Shown here piece after piece: positions 15,398 through 15,664 of a stretch of DNA of 15,664 nt. How positions within the stretch are numbered: the stretch's first letter is position 1; each line of letters opens with the position of its first letter. The stretch lies in the NCBI GenBank assembly GCA_046351655.1, contig JAXLYD010000072.1:1-15664 (forward strand), written 5' to 3'. The stretch is from Polyangia bacterium. Lineage in GTDB: Bacteria > Myxococcota_A > Polyangia > Palsa-1104 > JAEUJZ01. Under the pieces are notes generated by a model, which worked only from the letters and a program-made list of their open reading frames with translations, ran no database searches and was not told the origin of the DNA. A program made the translations under genes and the position numbers.

Positions 15398-15664
15398 ATG
15401 AGCCCTTGTTCGCCGTTTCCTTGGACGTGGCGTCGGGCGGCGTCGCTTGTGATTCCGCCCCAATGCAGCGTCGCTGGCATCTGCGCCTGGCTGTGCTGTG
15501 CTTTGCCGATGGCCCATGCGGAGTCGTCCTTTGACGTGGTCGTGCGGGCCGAAGATCCGGCGCTGCGTGCGGAAGTCAGCAAGCAGACGCTCCACACCGA
15601 AGAGCTGCGCAAGATGCCCGGAACGCTCGGCGATCCGCTGCGTGCCATCGAGAACCTGCCGGGG
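15398..15664 (+). CDS. Probable TonB-dependent outer-membrane receptor, N-terminus only (signal peptide, TonB-box-like segment, start of plug); continues beyond the window
   Basis: Hand translation of the frame whose codons start at positions ≡2 mod 3 (reading through 15662-15664). After the TAG at 15383-15385 it reads M(15398)SPCSPFPWTWRRAASLVIPPQCSVAGICAWLCCALPMAHA|ESSFDVVVRAEDPALRAEVSKQTLHTEELRKMPGTLGDPLRAIENLPG. The DVVV TonB-box-like stretch and ...LRAIENLPG resemble the conserved plug-entry motif of TonB-dependent receptors. Start is ambiguous (ATG 15398, GTG 15470 or ATG 15509). Confidence 0.45.
   Translation, partial: MSPCSPFPWTWRRAASLVIPPQCSVAGICAWLCCALPMAHAESSFDVVVRAEDPALRAEVSKQTLHTEELRKMPGTLGDPLRAIENLPG

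Noticed and set aside
15113-15595. 160-aa minus-strand Arg-rich ORF and overlapping small ORFs in the terminal intergenic region
   Set aside because: Mutually overlapping, compositionally biased, no signal peptide or motifs. The region is better explained as regulatory DNA plus the start of the plus-strand TonB-dependent receptor gene.
1-15664. CRISPR arrays, tRNA/rRNA genes, insertion sequences, integrases
   Set aside because: No regularly spaced direct repeats, no tRNA-like cloverleaf candidates and no transposase or integrase-like ORFs seen. The tandem VWA genes are a duplication, not a mobile element.

Overview
This is a GC-rich (~60%) bacterial window, possibly Myxococcota-like. It is dominated by a seven-gene minus-strand block at 1-7105. 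The first six genes (319-7105) overlap or abut; the seventh starts 46 nt further on and runs off the window edge. From the promoter end (7105) downward the block encodes: a surface lipoprotein decaheme cytochrome with an MtrC/OmcA-like layout (two pentaheme blocks interleaved with two heme-free domains), a lipoprotein multiheme cytochrome with 11 CxxCH and 2 CxxxxCH motifs, a ~420-aa outer-membrane beta-barrel, a 13-heme periplasmic cytochrome, a monoheme class-I cytochrome c, and, at the window edge, the N-terminus of a NapC/NirT/NrfH-family membrane quinol-dehydrogenase cytochrome. I read this as a porin-cytochrome extracellular electron-transfer conduit of unusual composition. Divergent from it is a four-EF-hand calcium-binding protein. 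Downstream on the minus strand lies a bacterial homolog of the eukaryotic major vault protein (MVP). The N-terminal repeats, shoulder, cap-helix coiled coil and cap-ring are all recognisable by eye. Unusually, it is encoded as two adjacent ORFs in different frames (256 aa and 687 aa) joined by low-complexity Q/A/P-rich sequence. Next come two tandem paralogous Cys-rich lipoproteins with a VWA (MIDAS DxSxS) domain. A ~540-bp AT-richer intergenic region with palindromes follows, and the window ends in the start of a probable TonB-dependent receptor on the plus strand. Many long plus-strand ORFs in the six-frame track are antisense GC-frame artefacts. Several track entries that begin with M actually begin at GTG or TTG, so I re-set those starts using Shine-Dalgarno placement.
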